From contig CAXXHA010000015.1 of assembly GCA_963662265.2 (NCBI GenBank), forward strand, positions 13,653 to 77,652: 64,000 bases of DNA, given 5' to 3'. The stretch's first letter is position 1. Each line of letters opens with the position of its first letter. The DNA is from Spirochaetia bacterium. GTDB lineage: Bacteria > Spirochaetota > Spirochaetia > CADAEX01. Positions 40,134 to 51,076 of the stretch are shown in pieces. The position numbers and the translations under genes were made by a program. Under the pieces are notes generated by a model, which saw nothing but the letters and a program-made list of their open reading frames with translations, was not told where the DNA came from and ran no database searches.

Positions 40134-40991
40134 TTACCACTCGGGAACATTTGTCATCTTCCGGCCGTGAACTTCAATAGTGTCCTGAATAATTATCATT
40201 CCCCGCTTATCATACTTCCTGACTATCTCCTTGAGACGGACCGCCTCCTTGACAGTCGCAACTGTGTAAAGCATCTTGGCACTCTGGCCTGAGCCGGCTC
40301 TTGTACCGTCCAGGACTGTAATACCCTTATGAAGCTCCTCCCTGATAATTGAAATAAGCTCGCTCCACTTATCTGAAATTATATAAACAACACGCCTCTT
40401 ACTGAGTCCTGTAACAACAAGGTCCATAATTTTTGATGATACATAGAGATAAATAAGGGTATAAAGTGCATCATCAGGTGTAAAAATGTATCCTGTGAAA
40501 ATAAGTACAAATACATTGAATCCGAGAACAGTCTTGCCGATCCGGATTGAAAAACGATTCATCAGAATAACTGAAAGGACATCTGATCCCCCTGCAGACC
40601 CCTTTGATTTCAATACAATCCCTGTTCCGAGACCGAATATGATTCCTGCAAGAATAGCTGAAAGAATTTTATCATGTACGCCGATTTCAATTTTCACAAA
40701 ATTAATCGCAAGTGTAAAGCATCCCATTCCGAACAGGCTGTAGAAAAAAAACCTCTTCCTGACAAAGACAAAGGCTGCAATAAATATAGGTATATTTAAC
40801 AGAAGGAGAATAACAGAAAGATTTGATGATTTCAGGATATAGTGAATCACAATACCGAGACCTGTAATTCCACTGCTGACAAAATGATGGGGAATAAGAA
40901 TCCCGTTTATAGCGACAGAACAGATAAGAGTTCCGGTAATAATAAGAAGCATATTTTTAAAAATATCTAAAGCAGTATCTTTCATAAGCAT
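40134..40991 (-). CDS. YitT family membrane protein
   Basis: SSGITGL, LNIPIF, GSAGGSDVL, C-terminal DUF2179-like GITVLDG segment. Confidence 0.88.
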   Translation of the reverse strand: MLMKDTALDIFKNMLLIITGTLICSVAINGILIPHHFVSSGITGLGIVIHYILKSSNLSVILLLLNIPIFIAAFVFVRKRFFFYSLFGMGCFTLAINFVKIEIGVHDKILSAILAGIIFGLGTGIVLKSKGSAGGSDVLSVILMNRFSIRIGKTVLGFNVFVLIFTGYIFTPDDALYTLIYLYVSSKIMDLVVTGLSKRRVVYIISDKWSELISIIREELHKGITVLDGTRAGSGQSAKMLYTVATVKEAVRLKEIVRKYDKRGMIIIQDTIEVHGRKMTNVPEW

Positions 40992-41153
40992 CTCCTTTTA
41001 TATATCTGATATTTCAATATGTTAAAAATCAGGATATTCAATATAACAGTCAAAACAATGGGTGGCTACTGCCAGATGAATAATAAAATTATTTTGTTCA
41101 TTATACCAGACACTCCCTGAAGCAGGAGTTCTATTTTCCCGGTAAACTTTTTC

Positions 41154-42686
41154 ATGGCATTAAATCAGGAATGCACAGATATTCATGATGATTTTCTTAA
41201 CTCAGCAGCTGAAAAATATTTCAATGTAAAATACCTGTTCCCGTACCAGAGACTTATTATATCCAATATACTGGAAATCACTTCCAAAACTGAAAATGAT
41301 TTCCCGAAAGGGCAGATTGTAATCCTCCCGACAGGGGCGGGAAAATCATTATGCTTCATGCTGCCTTCCCTGCTTATAGAAAAACCTACACTCATTATTT
41401 TCCCGCTCCTCAGCCTTATGGCAGACCAGAAGAGGAGACTTGATGAGGCTGGTATTAAAACAGCAGTTATAAAGGGAGGACAGGAGAGGAAAGAACGGGA
41501 AGAGATATTCAGGGGGATAGAATCAGGAAGATACAGGGTGATTCTCACAAACCCGGAGACTCTTTCAAGGGAGGAAATACTCACCTTTTTCACTCCGGCA
41601 GAGGGAAAACCGGTAATAGGCCATGTTGTTATTGACGAGGCGCATACAGTTTCAGAATGGGGTGATTCATTCAGAAGCGCATATCTTGCAACCGGCAATA
41701 TAATAGAAAAGATAAACCCCGATGCAGTAACAGCGTTTACAGCGACAGCATCAGAAAGCATACTGAAACGGCTGAAAGACATTATTTTCAGGAACAGCCA
41801 GATAAATATTATTTCAGCAAATCCAGACAGGACAAATATAAGATACAGTGTTGTGAAATCTGTTTCAAAAACACATGATATAATTTGGCTTGCAGAAAAA
41901 GCTGAAAAGCCGGCAGTAATTTTCTGTTCAAGCCGGGTATCGGCGGAACTCACAGCACAGATTCTGGTACGAAACAGCTCCCTGAAAGAAGTCAGGTTCT
42001 ACCATGCCGGGCTTGAAAGCGATGAAAAGAAAAATATAGAGAAGTGGTTTTTCTCATCAGACAGCGGAGTACTTTCAGCGACTTGCGCTTACGGCCTGGG
42101 CGTCGATAAATCAAATATCAGAACTGTTATCCACTATGAGCTTCCCGGATCTGTTGAATCCTACCTGCAGGAATCGGGAAGAGGAGGCAGGGACAGAAAA
42201 GAAGCCAGGGCTATTGTTCTCTTTTCTGAAAAAGACAGGAAAAGACTGGAACTTTTTAAGTCTGAAACAGAGAAAAAAAGATACCTTAAACTGCTTGAAT
42301 TCGCTGAAACAGAGAATAAATGCAGACGGAATATCCTGCTCAGGGCTCTTTCCGAGGAATCTGAAACAGATTTCTGTGAAGGTTGCGATATATGCAACAG
42401 AACATACAGTCCTTACGCAGAGGGCAGAACTCAAATAATCAACCTGGTAAAAGAAAACAACAGGACTCTTACAGAAAAAGAAGCTGTATCAATACTGGCA
42501 GGTTCTGAAAATGCTTTCGGCAGGGCAGATTTAATAAACCAGTCAGCTTTCTACGGGAACCTGTCAGGCTGGACTGAAGAATCGATAAAAGAGGGAATCG
42601 GATCACTTGTAAAAGAGGGTGTTATTACAAGGGGGCGCTGTTTATGGAAAAATCATCTTATTATTTCAAAACAGAGAAGGAAATAA
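41154..42686 (+). CDS. recQ: RecQ-family ATP-dependent DNA helicase (no HRDC)
   Basis: PTGAGKSLCF, DEAH...WGDSFR, TATA, YHAGL, QESGRGGRD, CRR...CEGCDIC. Confidence 0.9.
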   Translation: MALNQECTDIHDDFLNSAAEKYFNVKYLFPYQRLIISNILEITSKTENDFPKGQIVILPTGAGKSLCFMLPSLLIEKPTLIIFPLLSLMADQKRRLDEAGIKTAVIKGGQERKEREEIFRGIESGRYRVILTNPETLSREEILTFFTPAEGKPVIGHVVIDEAHTVSEWGDSFRSAYLATGNIIEKINPDAVTAFTATASESILKRLKDIIFRNSQINIISANPDRTNIRYSVVKSVSKTHDIIWLAEKAEKPAVIFCSSRVSAELTAQILVRNSSLKEVRFYHAGLESDEKKNIEKWFFSSDSGVLSATCAYGLGVDKSNIRTVIHYELPGSVESYLQESGRGGRDRKEARAIVLFSEKDRKRLELFKSETEKKRYLKLLEFAETENKCRRNILLRALSEESETDFCEGCDICNRTYSPYAEGRTQIINLVKENNRTLTEKEAVSILAGSENAFGRADLINQSAFYGNLSGWTEESIKEGIGSLVKEGVITRGRCLWKNHLIISKQRRK

Positions 42687-42752
42687 AGTTTAAATCATGC
42701 TCCATTTCCCCCCGAATTTACTTTACTGAGATATTTGTGTTAAAGTACTTAT

Positions 42753-43568
42753 ATGGAAGTAACGTTTTTAGGAACAGGGACATCTCACGGAATACCTGTG
42801 GTTGCCTGCGGCTGCAATGTCTGCAATTCAGATAATATAAAAAACAAAAGATACAGATCTTCTATCTATATAAAAACTGATCACAGCAGAATTCTGATTG
42901 ATGCTGCAACAGAATTCAGGCTTCAGGCAATCAGGGAAAATATCAACTTTCTGGACTTTGTACTGATAACACATGCCCACGCAGACCATGTCCACGGACT
43001 TGATGACCTCAGAACACTTTCAAGAAAGAAAAAACTTAATGTCTACGGCAACAGAGATGCAGTCGCAGATATGGAGCAGAGATTCAGCTATATTCACAGG
43101 GCAATCCAGAAGGGGGGAGGAATTCCCGATATAGATTTCATTACACTTGATACCCCTATTCACCACTGCAGTGAAACAGGAAGACAAACAGCATCAGAAG
43201 AGGTTGGAAAAAACAGCAAATACTCAGATTCAGGCGATATTATAATCCCCATACCTGTAAAACATGGAAAACTCGATATTTACGGTTACAGAATAGATAA
43301 CTTTGCCTATATAACAGACTGCAGCCACATACCGGAAGGATCAATGAAACTTCTTGAAGGAGTGGAAGTTCTCACACTCGGGGCGCTCAGATACAGGGAA
43401 CATATAACCCACTTCACGATAGACCAGGCAGTCAGTATAATAAAAAAAACCGGCGCAAGATTCGGATATCTGACCCATTTCTGCCATGATATTGAACATG
43501 AGAAGCTGAAAAAAGAACTCCCCTCAAATATCAGACCTGCTTATGATTCAATGAAGATTTATTTGTAA
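42753..43568 (+). CDS. MBL-fold metallo-hydrolase (PhnP-like phosphodiesterase family)
   Basis: LGTGTSHGIPVVACGCNVC, THAHADHVHG, YITDCS, THF, LTH. Confidence 0.88.
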   Translation: MEVTFLGTGTSHGIPVVACGCNVCNSDNIKNKRYRSSIYIKTDHSRILIDAATEFRLQAIRENINFLDFVLITHAHADHVHGLDDLRTLSRKKKLNVYGNRDAVADMEQRFSYIHRAIQKGGGIPDIDFITLDTPIHHCSETGRQTASEEVGKNSKYSDSGDIIIPIPVKHGKLDIYGYRIDNFAYITDCSHIPEGSMKLLEGVEVLTLGALRYREHITHFTIDQAVSIIKKTGARFGYLTHFCHDIEHEKLKKELPSNIRPAYDSMKIYL

Positions 43569-43930
43569 GATATAAGAAGTATATTGAAACAGATTCTCTG
43601 TACCACGATCGGAATCAGCAAAAAGAGAATAAACTATCGTTTTTCAGCAGCAATTTATCCTGTCCACAAAAAACCGACCCCATATAAATAATTTAAACAA
43701 GCGGGATATGATCCTGAAAAATAACAAGGATTATTAAGCAGAATCTGATTCAAAACAGAATAATACTTAAAATCACATTGCAATTAATAAAAAAAGAGGC
43801 TTTCCGGAAGCTTTTTTCCGAAAATCCTCTTTTAATCCCTGTATACGGTAAAAGTATAGTTAAGCTGCATCACACAGCCTGTATAATATTGCTGCAGGAC
43901 TTGCAGCAAATATACTTTTAATTAAGGTAA

Positions 43931-44119
43931 TTATATTTTTTCTACTTTGCCGCTTCTCAGACAAGCTGTGCAGATTTTTACAGTTTTCACTTTACCTGCT
44001 ACGAGTCCTCTAACCTTTTTAAGGTTAGGTTTCCAAACTCTTCTTGTTTTATTATGAGCGTGGCTGACATTGTTACCTGTAATAGTTCCTTTTCCGCATA
44101 TATCACATTTTCGAGCCAT
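43931..44119 (-). CDS. rpmB: 50S ribosomal protein L28 (Zn-binding type)
   Basis: [10 protein letters not shown]...[19 protein letters not shown]...ICTACLRSG. Confidence 0.97.
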   Translation of the reverse strand: MARKCDICGKGTITGNNVSHAHNKTRRVWKPNLKKVRGLVAGKVKTVKICTACLRSGKVEKI

Positions 44120-44357
44120 TTTTCCCTGCCTTATTATATATAAAATAAATTATTGCTGTTTTAGATCGTAATAAAATAACAGTTTTTAAGTTTTTTGTAA
44201 ATAGGAAGGTTTTCAGGTTTTTATCCTGCTTAACAGTTTTATAAAAAAAAATCCATGTTTGAATTATTCCTGTTATAATAGTATTATTAACAGGAAATAA
44301 ACAGGATATCCAGTCAATAAAATTATTAACCTGATACTGGAACCTGCAGGACAGAAA

Positions 44358-45803
44358 ATGAGTTTTGCTGAGATTTTTAATATAATTCTTTGGCTGGATG
44401 CAATAATTGTACTTCTCATAATTATCCTTGATAACCGTCCCCCTGAAGTTGCAGTATCATGGTTTCTCATTATCCTTTTTTTCCCTATAGGGGGACTCAT
44501 TCTATATGCTCTTATAGGTATAAACTGGAAGAAATCAAAGCTGATAAGGCAGAATCCTGAAGATCTTTTCAGCCACAACCTCGAAACAATACTAGCCAAT
44601 CAGAAGCACTTTTTCAGGGAAATGAACTGGGAAACTGAGAATGAAAATGATCAGCTCAAGCTGATGAATCTCCTCCTGAACGCAAATAATTCCATAATGA
44701 CACTCAGAAACAGCTGTGAAATATACAACTCAGGGGAAAAATTCTTCCAGTCACTCCTGGAAGATATAAAAAATGCTAAACACTCCATTCACATGGAATT
44801 TTATATCTGGACATCCGACTCCCTGGGGGAGGAACTGAAAGAGGTTCTTGTACAGAAGGCTAAAGAAGGTGTTGAAGTACGACTTATTTTTGACGGAATA
44901 GGATCTTTCGGTAAAATATCCTTCAAATACAGGAGGGAACTGAGAAAAGCAGGTATCAAGTTCCGCTATTTCCTGGATCTTGCAGCCCCCCTGTCACTTT
45001 TAAAAATAAACTACTGTAATCACAGAAAAATCGCAGTAATAGACGGGCTTACAGCATACACAGGTGGCATGAATGTAGGTATCGAGTATATAACAGGCGG
45101 GGACCATTTTGAAAGCTGGAGAGATACCCAGGTCCGGATAAAAGGGGAAAGCGTAAACATGTTCCAGGCAGTTTTTCTGGTTGACTGGTATAACAGCGGT
45201 GAAAAACTGCTCCTTGACAAGGAGTACCTGCCGGAAGCAGATCCTGCCACTCCTGAAATGACAGTCCAGATAGCAACAAGCGGTGCAGATTCAAAATGGG
45301 CTTCTATCCAGCAGATGTTTTTTACAATGATCACAAATGCAAACAGGGATATATACATACAGACCCCCTACTTCATCCCTGATCAGAGCATAATGACAGC
45401 GCTTGAGACAGCTGCACTGAGCGGTGTCAATGTAAACATCCTGATGACCGGCGTACCTGACAAGAGGATTCCCTACTGGGCCGCCCATACATATTTTGAA
45501 CCTCTTCTTGATGCGGGAGTAAATATTTTCCAGTATAAAAAAGGTTTTCTTCACTCCAAGACAGTGATAATTGATAACTCAATTGTATCAATAGGAAGCT
45601 GCAATATGGATATGAGGGGATTTCATATCAATTTTGAACTGAATGCTGTTATTTACGATACAGCCACAGCAGAAAGCCTTGTTGAGGCATTTTACAATGA
45701 CCTTAAATTTGCAGAAACAATCACACGGGAACATATAAATAAATCCGGCCTGATCAGGAATTTCAGGAATTCCCTCTTCAGGATTCTTGCTCCCATAATG
45801 TAG
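44358..45803 (+). CDS. cls: Cardiolipin synthase
   Basis: Two N-terminal TMs; two HKD motifs NHRKIAVIDG and HSKTVIID; TPYFIPD. Confidence 0.93.
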   Translation: MSFAEIFNIILWLDAIIVLLIIILDNRPPEVAVSWFLIILFFPIGGLILYALIGINWKKSKLIRQNPEDLFSHNLETILANQKHFFREMNWETENENDQLKLMNLLLNANNSIMTLRNSCEIYNSGEKFFQSLLEDIKNAKHSIHMEFYIWTSDSLGEELKEVLVQKAKEGVEVRLIFDGIGSFGKISFKYRRELRKAGIKFRYFLDLAAPLSLLKINYCNHRKIAVIDGLTAYTGGMNVGIEYITGGDHFESWRDTQVRIKGESVNMFQAVFLVDWYNSGEKLLLDKEYLPEADPATPEMTVQIATSGADSKWASIQQMFFTMITNANRDIYIQTPYFIPDQSIMTALETAALSGVNVNILMTGVPDKRIPYWAAHTYFEPLLDAGVNIFQYKKGFLHSKTVIIDNSIVSIGSCNMDMRGFHINFELNAVIYDTATAESLVEAFYNDLKFAETITREHINKSGLIRNFRNSLFRILAPIM

Positions 45804-45876
45804 AAAAACCCCGGCTTTTACACCGGGGCAATGTTTAATACCTGACTTTCTATTTTTCTAAAAGGAGCTGTTTTAA

Positions 45877-47046
45877 TTAAAGTTCGTTGATTTCCTCATG
45901 AACAAAAATTCTTCTCTTTTCAAGTTCTTCAAAAACATCTTTAGGATCAAATGCATCTTCAGGAATAACTGCACCTGTTCCAACAATTTTGTTTTTAGCC
46001 ATAAGAATTGCCGCAACACCCATTGGTGTTCCCACATTTCTTACATATGCTTTAAGACCTTCCCATCCCGGTTCAGAACCATCACTTGAAGGATGTGTAT
46101 GTGTAAGAACGTGTTCCACTTTCTTTCCGTTTCTTTCACCCACTACCTGGATGTGGAGAGAATATCCGTAGAGGTCAGTATTTGTTCCCTCTTCAGACTG
46201 CATAAGGTATGCACCGATTGCATCCATAATTCCCATTTCCTGTCCCTTGAAAGTAAACTTGTCATTTCTCATGAATCCCCATTCATAAAGAGCTTTAACA
46301 AGTCTCATGTTTTTCGGTGGCCATGTTCCTCTGACTTCGATAAGTTTTACACCTTTGTCTTTAAGGTACTTCTGACCTGTTACTGTTTCTGAGTGAGGGA
46401 TAATCCACTGAGGATTTTCTCCGTAGGGTTCAGGAAGCTTGATCATTCTTTCCCTTGCAAAGGGGGGAACCTGTTTGAACTCACCATCTTCAAATACAAC
46501 TCTTCCCGGAAGATTAGGATCATATTCATAAGAAGTAGTTTCAAAAATAGCAGGTGAATAAGCTATCGGTCTGAAAGCTCCATGGCTTACCCTTACAGTA
46601 TCAACTTTTTCACACTGGTCAGCGCCGTGTTTAAGCATCATATCTGTGAGGCCTGGAGTCATTCCGAAACCGGGAACCATGATTCTTCCGTTTTCCTTGA
46701 AAATCTTGTCATATTTATATTCTTCGCCGAAACCGTTGAGGTTTACACCTGAGCAGCCTGCATTAGCAATACAATCTGTAGTTCTGTCATTAAGCTTGAT
46801 TGTTGTACCGTCCATAACAACATCATAACCTTTAAGCTTCTTGATTGTATCTTCTCTGTCCATTACATCGATTTTTACAAAATCAACTCTCTCGTCATCG
46901 AGTTCTGCTATAAGTGCTCTAGCAGCTTCTTCGTTGTATTCACCGATTGTAATTCTATCAAATACAGAAGCATCTGTATATTCAACAACATCTCTCACTG
47001 CCATGCTGCAAATTCTTCCAGCTCCAGCCAAACACATAAGTTTCAT
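45877..47046 (-). CDS. Saccharopine dehydrogenase/lysine 6-dehydrogenase-like NAD(P)-dependent oxidoreductase
   Basis: N-terminal Rossmann LAGAGRI, GFGMTPGLT, HSET, C-terminal G-x-x-x-PE. Confidence 0.82.
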   Translation of the reverse strand: MKLMCLAGAGRICSMAVRDVVEYTDASVFDRITIGEYNEEAARALIAELDDERVDFVKIDVMDREDTIKKLKGYDVVMDGTTIKLNDRTTDCIANAGCSGVNLNGFGEEYKYDKIFKENGRIMVPGFGMTPGLTDMMLKHGADQCEKVDTVRVSHGAFRPIAYSPAIFETTSYEYDPNLPGRVVFEDGEFKQVPPFARERMIKLPEPYGENPQWIIPHSETVTGQKYLKDKGVKLIEVRGTWPPKNMRLVKALYEWGFMRNDKFTFKGQEMGIMDAIGAYLMQSEEGTNTDLYGYSLHIQVVGERNGKKVEHVLTHTHPSSDGSEPGWEGLKAYVRNVGTPMGVAAILMAKNKIVGTGAVIPEDAFDPKDVFEELEKRRIFVHEEINEL

Positions 47047-47112
47047 AGTCTTAAGTCTCCTTAACTATAATTAATTTTTATACAAACAATAAGTTTGTTT
47101 AATTACTCCTTG

Positions 47113-47141
47113 ATTATCTACCCAATAAAGGGAGGTGTCAA
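47113..47141 (-). promoter_or_regulatory. Putative sigma70 promoter of the dehydrogenase
   Basis: TTGACA-17 nt-GATAAT on the minus strand. Confidence 0.6.
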
Positions 47142-47402
47142 TAATATTTCTTAATATTTTCCATCATTTTTTCTTATAGTTAAGGAAACGAGTATTATTA
47201 ATTATTATAAAGCTGATGAAAGAATCTTATTCTTAAGATAATACGGAAAGTATTCCAGATTGTCAGACAGACAGTACGCTATGAGGTAAAATTACAGTAA
47301 AGATAAAAGCAAAAAAAAAGTATCTGCCGCTCGGGCAGATACCGCAAAGAAAACCAGTTTAAAGTTTTTATCAGGATTCTTCTTAATAAATTATTTCCTG
47401 AA

Positions 47403-48317
47403 CTACACAGAATCAGTCAAACTGTTCATATATTCTGTAGCCCAGCTGTTAACTACTGCAACAAATTCGGCAATCGTCTTTGTGAAGTATTTTTCCTTGT
47501 GATAGGTTATATAAAATTTCCTGATCAGGTTGGGATCTTCAATATCTATAGAAACAAGATCCCCTTTTTTTATATCATCAATTACAGCATTTCTTGATAT
47601 CAGGGTTATGCCGAGTCCTTTTTTAACAAGCGCCTTTATAGCGACATTGTTGGAAAAATCACATACAACATTGAACCCTATATTATGCCTCTTCTTGAAA
47701 TCACTTATAACTTTTCTTGATCCGCATCCGACTTCAGGCATGATAATAGGCAGATTATTGAGTTCGGAAGGTTCCATTCTGCTGTTTTTTGCAATTGGAT
47801 GGTCGGGTGATGTAACAAGAACAATTTCCTCCCGCAGTATTTCCTTGACAACTATCTTCGGGTGTGCAATTTCCTTGGATATAAATCCCAAGTCATTTGT
47901 AAGTTTTGAAATACTTTCAATTACATAATTATCAGTAAGATTCAGGGCTGTAACAAAAATATCGGGAAATTTTCTGTTGTATTCAATTACAATCTCAGGA
48001 AGATAGAATGCTCCGAAAGTTTCTGTAGTGACAATTGATATCTTGCCGCTTTTCTGCTGCTGGAAATCCCGTATACTTTCCTCCACCTGTGTTTCAAGTT
48101 CAAATATTTTCTCGGCAAGCGAATACAGTGTTTCCCCTGCATCTGTGAGAATAATTTTTTTCCCGACACGGTTAAACAGTGTAAGATCGTATGTGGATTG
48201 AAGTTCCTGTATCTGCCTTGTCACGGCAGGCTGTGTTATACACAGCTCGTCAGCTGCTTTTGTATAACTTCTGAATTTAGCAGTATAATAAAATGTCTTT
48301 AAGTGATATAGGTTCAT
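47403..48317 (-). CDS. LysR family transcriptional regulator (CysL-like)
   Basis: SYTKAADELCITQPAVTRQIQELQ...LFNR...LTDAG. Confidence 0.93.
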   Translation of the reverse strand: MNLYHLKTFYYTAKFRSYTKAADELCITQPAVTRQIQELQSTYDLTLFNRVGKKIILTDAGETLYSLAEKIFELETQVEESIRDFQQQKSGKISIVTTETFGAFYLPEIVIEYNRKFPDIFVTALNLTDNYVIESISKLTNDLGFISKEIAHPKIVVKEILREEIVLVTSPDHPIAKNSRMEPSELNNLPIIMPEVGCGSRKVISDFKKRHNIGFNVVCDFSNNVAIKALVKKGLGITLISRNAVIDDIKKGDLVSIDIEDPNLIRKFYITYHKEKYFTKTIAEFVAVVNSWATEYMNSLTDSV

Positions 48318-48560
48318 AACTATTTGTATTATATTTTATAAAAAAATATTATGCAACAAACTTATTTATCCACAGAGAGATAGCCTGCCTGAAATTATCT
48401 GCTAAAAGGCGGAAATTGCAGATTTCAGATACATGACTCAAGGAATTTAGAAATAATGTGTTTATAAAGCTTATAAAAGCTGCATGTTATTCATACAAAC
48501 AACATGCAGCAGTAAATTTTTACTCAATTTAATCAATAAGGGCAACAAATTTATTACTTA

Positions 48561-49932
48561 TCAATACCCTTTGGGCCGGGGCCATCCTGTTCCGATAAAC
48601 TTTCTGAAATCAACAGATTTGTACCGGTGTTTAATAAACCACAGGGATGCAAGAGAGTAAAACAGAAGAGCGCCTATAATATTTATCCAGTATCCAAAAT
48701 ACATACCCACAACTGTGGCAAGGGTCAGGATAATCAGGATTATCGAGGGGACAGGGTGTGCAGGAGAGACATATCCCCGTTTTATATAGTTGCCGGGATA
48801 CATTTTCCTGAATTTAATCATCATCACAGCTGTAAAAAGATAAACTATAAGGGCTGAAAAGATTGAAAAAGTTACAACCTGGTCAAGCATACCTGTAAAC
48901 CCGAAAGCCATCGATATAGGGAGAAGAAAAATAATTGCCCTGTATGGTGTTTTATATTTCGGATGAAGAACTCCGAACTGTGAAGGAAGGAGTGTATCCC
49001 TGGACATTGAAAACCATGCACGGCTTGCATCGTTTATGCATCCGTTCGCACTTGCGAGGCAGGCAAAAAGTGTTCCCGCGAATAAGGCTGCGATTACAAC
49101 AGGAATACCAGTTGCAAGGGCTGCATCAAAAAGTGGATAGACAGATTTACCGAGGATTTCCGCATCAACCATACCTGAACAGACAAACCATGTAAGAGAT
49201 GCGCCTATTAGAAGGGTTATAAGCCCTGTAATTGCTCCAAGAGGAAGAGACCTGCCTGTTGATCGGCACTCTTCAGCAGCAAGAGCTGTCCCTTCAATAC
49301 CCAGATAAAACCATATCCCGAACTGGAGGGCCCCGAGAATACCTATCCAGCCATACGGCAGCCCGTTTGTCATCTCCTTCAAACGAAGAAGTGAATTACC
49401 AGGAGAATAAAACCGGGTACTGAAAAGGAGTATGAGTATTGTAACAAAAGCAATCCCTGTTATTACAATATTCAGTGTAAGTGTTGCATAAGCTCCCCTG
49501 TAATTAAGATATGTGAGAAACACAAGGCTCAGTACAATATAGGGCAGAGCCTGAATATCAGGGTGAATTGATTCCAGTACAGCTCCCACTACAAGAGCAT
49601 CTGCAGCTTCCAGCATTGCATATTCAAAAACAAGCATCAGTCCTATATTGAATGCAGCAACAGGACCGAGAAAATATTTTGCCATGGCATATTGTCCCCC
49701 TGCCTCAGGTTATAACTGACCCCATTTCTGTATTAATCATGATCAGGGTTATATACAGAAGCCCTATAATCCAGCATGCAATCACGGCACCCAGAGAGCC
49801 CCCTTTTGCAACAGCAAAATTCCAGCCCATAAACTCGCCGACAAGTACAATACCCACACCGAGTGCCCAGACATGGGCAGGCCCAAGCACTTTTGACATT
49901 GAATGCGTTTTCTCATCTTTAATTTCACTCAT
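48561..49932 (-). pseudogene. APC-family amine permease (ethanolamine/methylamine permease-like) with a +1 frameshift (or sequencing error)
   Basis: LGPAHVWALGVGIVLVGEFMGWN...TEMGSVI continues as PEAGGQYAMAKYFLGP if one T at 49710-49711 is removed; WFYLGIEG...AAEE. Confidence 0.85.
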
Positions 49933-50049
49933 TATTATCACCACCGTTTTTCATTCTTCCGTACTCAACTCTTATAAAATCAATCAAGATGAGAGCAGTA
50001 AAATATGCGCTCAATACCCATGCCGCAAAATTCATTGTTTTAAAGATAT

Positions 50050-50313
50050 TCATTTTTCCGATTCTCCGTCACTGTACCTTTCTTCTATCATGCTCTTAAG
50101 TTCCCTGTCAGAACTCCTGAGAACATAAATCATATACATAAACAGCCCCCCGACTGTGATTATGAATGTCACAGGATTAAAACTGTAATCAATGCCGCTT
50201 CCTTCGCCCCCCACAAGAAGCCCGCCCTGCAGCAGCATTGTCGAAAGCAGAGTTGCAAAACACAAAAGCATCACAAACATGACATCAAAAATCAGCATTA
50301 TCTTATTTTTCAT
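50050..50313 (-). CDS. Small two-TM membrane protein
   Basis: Two hydrophobic helices; overlaps the upstream gene's stop (ATGA). Confidence 0.75.
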   Translation of the reverse strand: MKNKIMLIFDVMFVMLLCFATLLSTMLLQGGLLVGGEGSGIDYSFNPVTFIITVGGLFMYMIYVLRSSDRELKSMIEERYSDGESEK

Positions 50314-50591
50314 ATCTGTGCAGCCTTTTCCTTTTTTGTAATATACAGAAGTTCATCTTCATAAAGTTCTTTTCTGTTTTTCTTGAGATGGAAAATCAAC
50401 GCTGCAGAAGTTACTGTAAGTGCTACAAGAACAGAAACAGCAGAGACGGCAGAAACAACAGTGAATATCCGGCTGGTGCTTAACTCAATGACTCTGAAAA
50501 GAATCATTATTATTGTTACCCACACAGCTGCAACAGATATAAATACTGCAATATTATCCATTGAATGAAGTAACCTGATTTTGTTTTCCAT
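50310..50591 (-). CDS. Small two-TM membrane protein
   Basis: Two hydrophobic helices, then H-x4-R-x2-LY-x-DE tail; RBS GAAGGGG. Confidence 0.75.
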   Translation of the reverse strand: MENKIRLLHSMDNIAVFISVAAVWVTIIMILFRVIELSTSRIFTVVSAVSAVSVLVALTVTSAALIFHLKKNRKELYEDELLYITKKEKAAQI

Positions 50592-50619
50592 TAACCCCTT
50601 CCTTTTATTATTTTTTATT

Positions 50620-50674
50620 ATCGTTATGATAACTATTTTTTATAGGAATATATCACAGATCAGATATCTGTCAA
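50620..50674 (-). promoter_or_regulatory. Promoter and palindromic operator of the permease module
   Basis: TTGACA-16 nt-TATATT (50674-50647); near-perfect palindrome ATCGTTATGATAACTAT (50620-50636). Confidence 0.55.
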
Positions 50675-51076
50675 TAAGTTTTACTTATTATTTCTATCAT
50701 TTTTTTTAATGTTAAAGCTGGTTATATATAACAAAAACTGCTCAATAAAAATATAAGACGGGAAAACAATTGTTGAAAATTATGCAGAAATATATTCCCG
50801 GTTATCAGGAAAACAATTATAGCAGGAGAAAAGACCAGATCAGTTATATGACTAGGGGCCATATCTGCAGTCATCGAAACAGCAGATATGGCAAAGAAGT
50901 CTTTTGTTTTTAACAATCACATACATGTTATGCAGCTTATTTTGTTCGGCAAAGCTATAAAGCTGTCAGAACAGTGCAGGATTATATAAGACCAGATTTT
51001 ATTCAGGTCTTTATAAACTGACCGGGTATTTGGAGGAATACCCGCATCAGCTTTTTTCCTTTTTTTATAGATATAA

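Noticed and set aside
41183-41953. 256-aa minus-strand ORF
   Set aside because: Antisense shadow of recQ.
42753-43568. PhnP-like hydrolase as part of the phosphonate locus
   Set aside because: Widespread stand-alone MBL family; separated from the locus by rpmB and cls; no C-P lyase genes.
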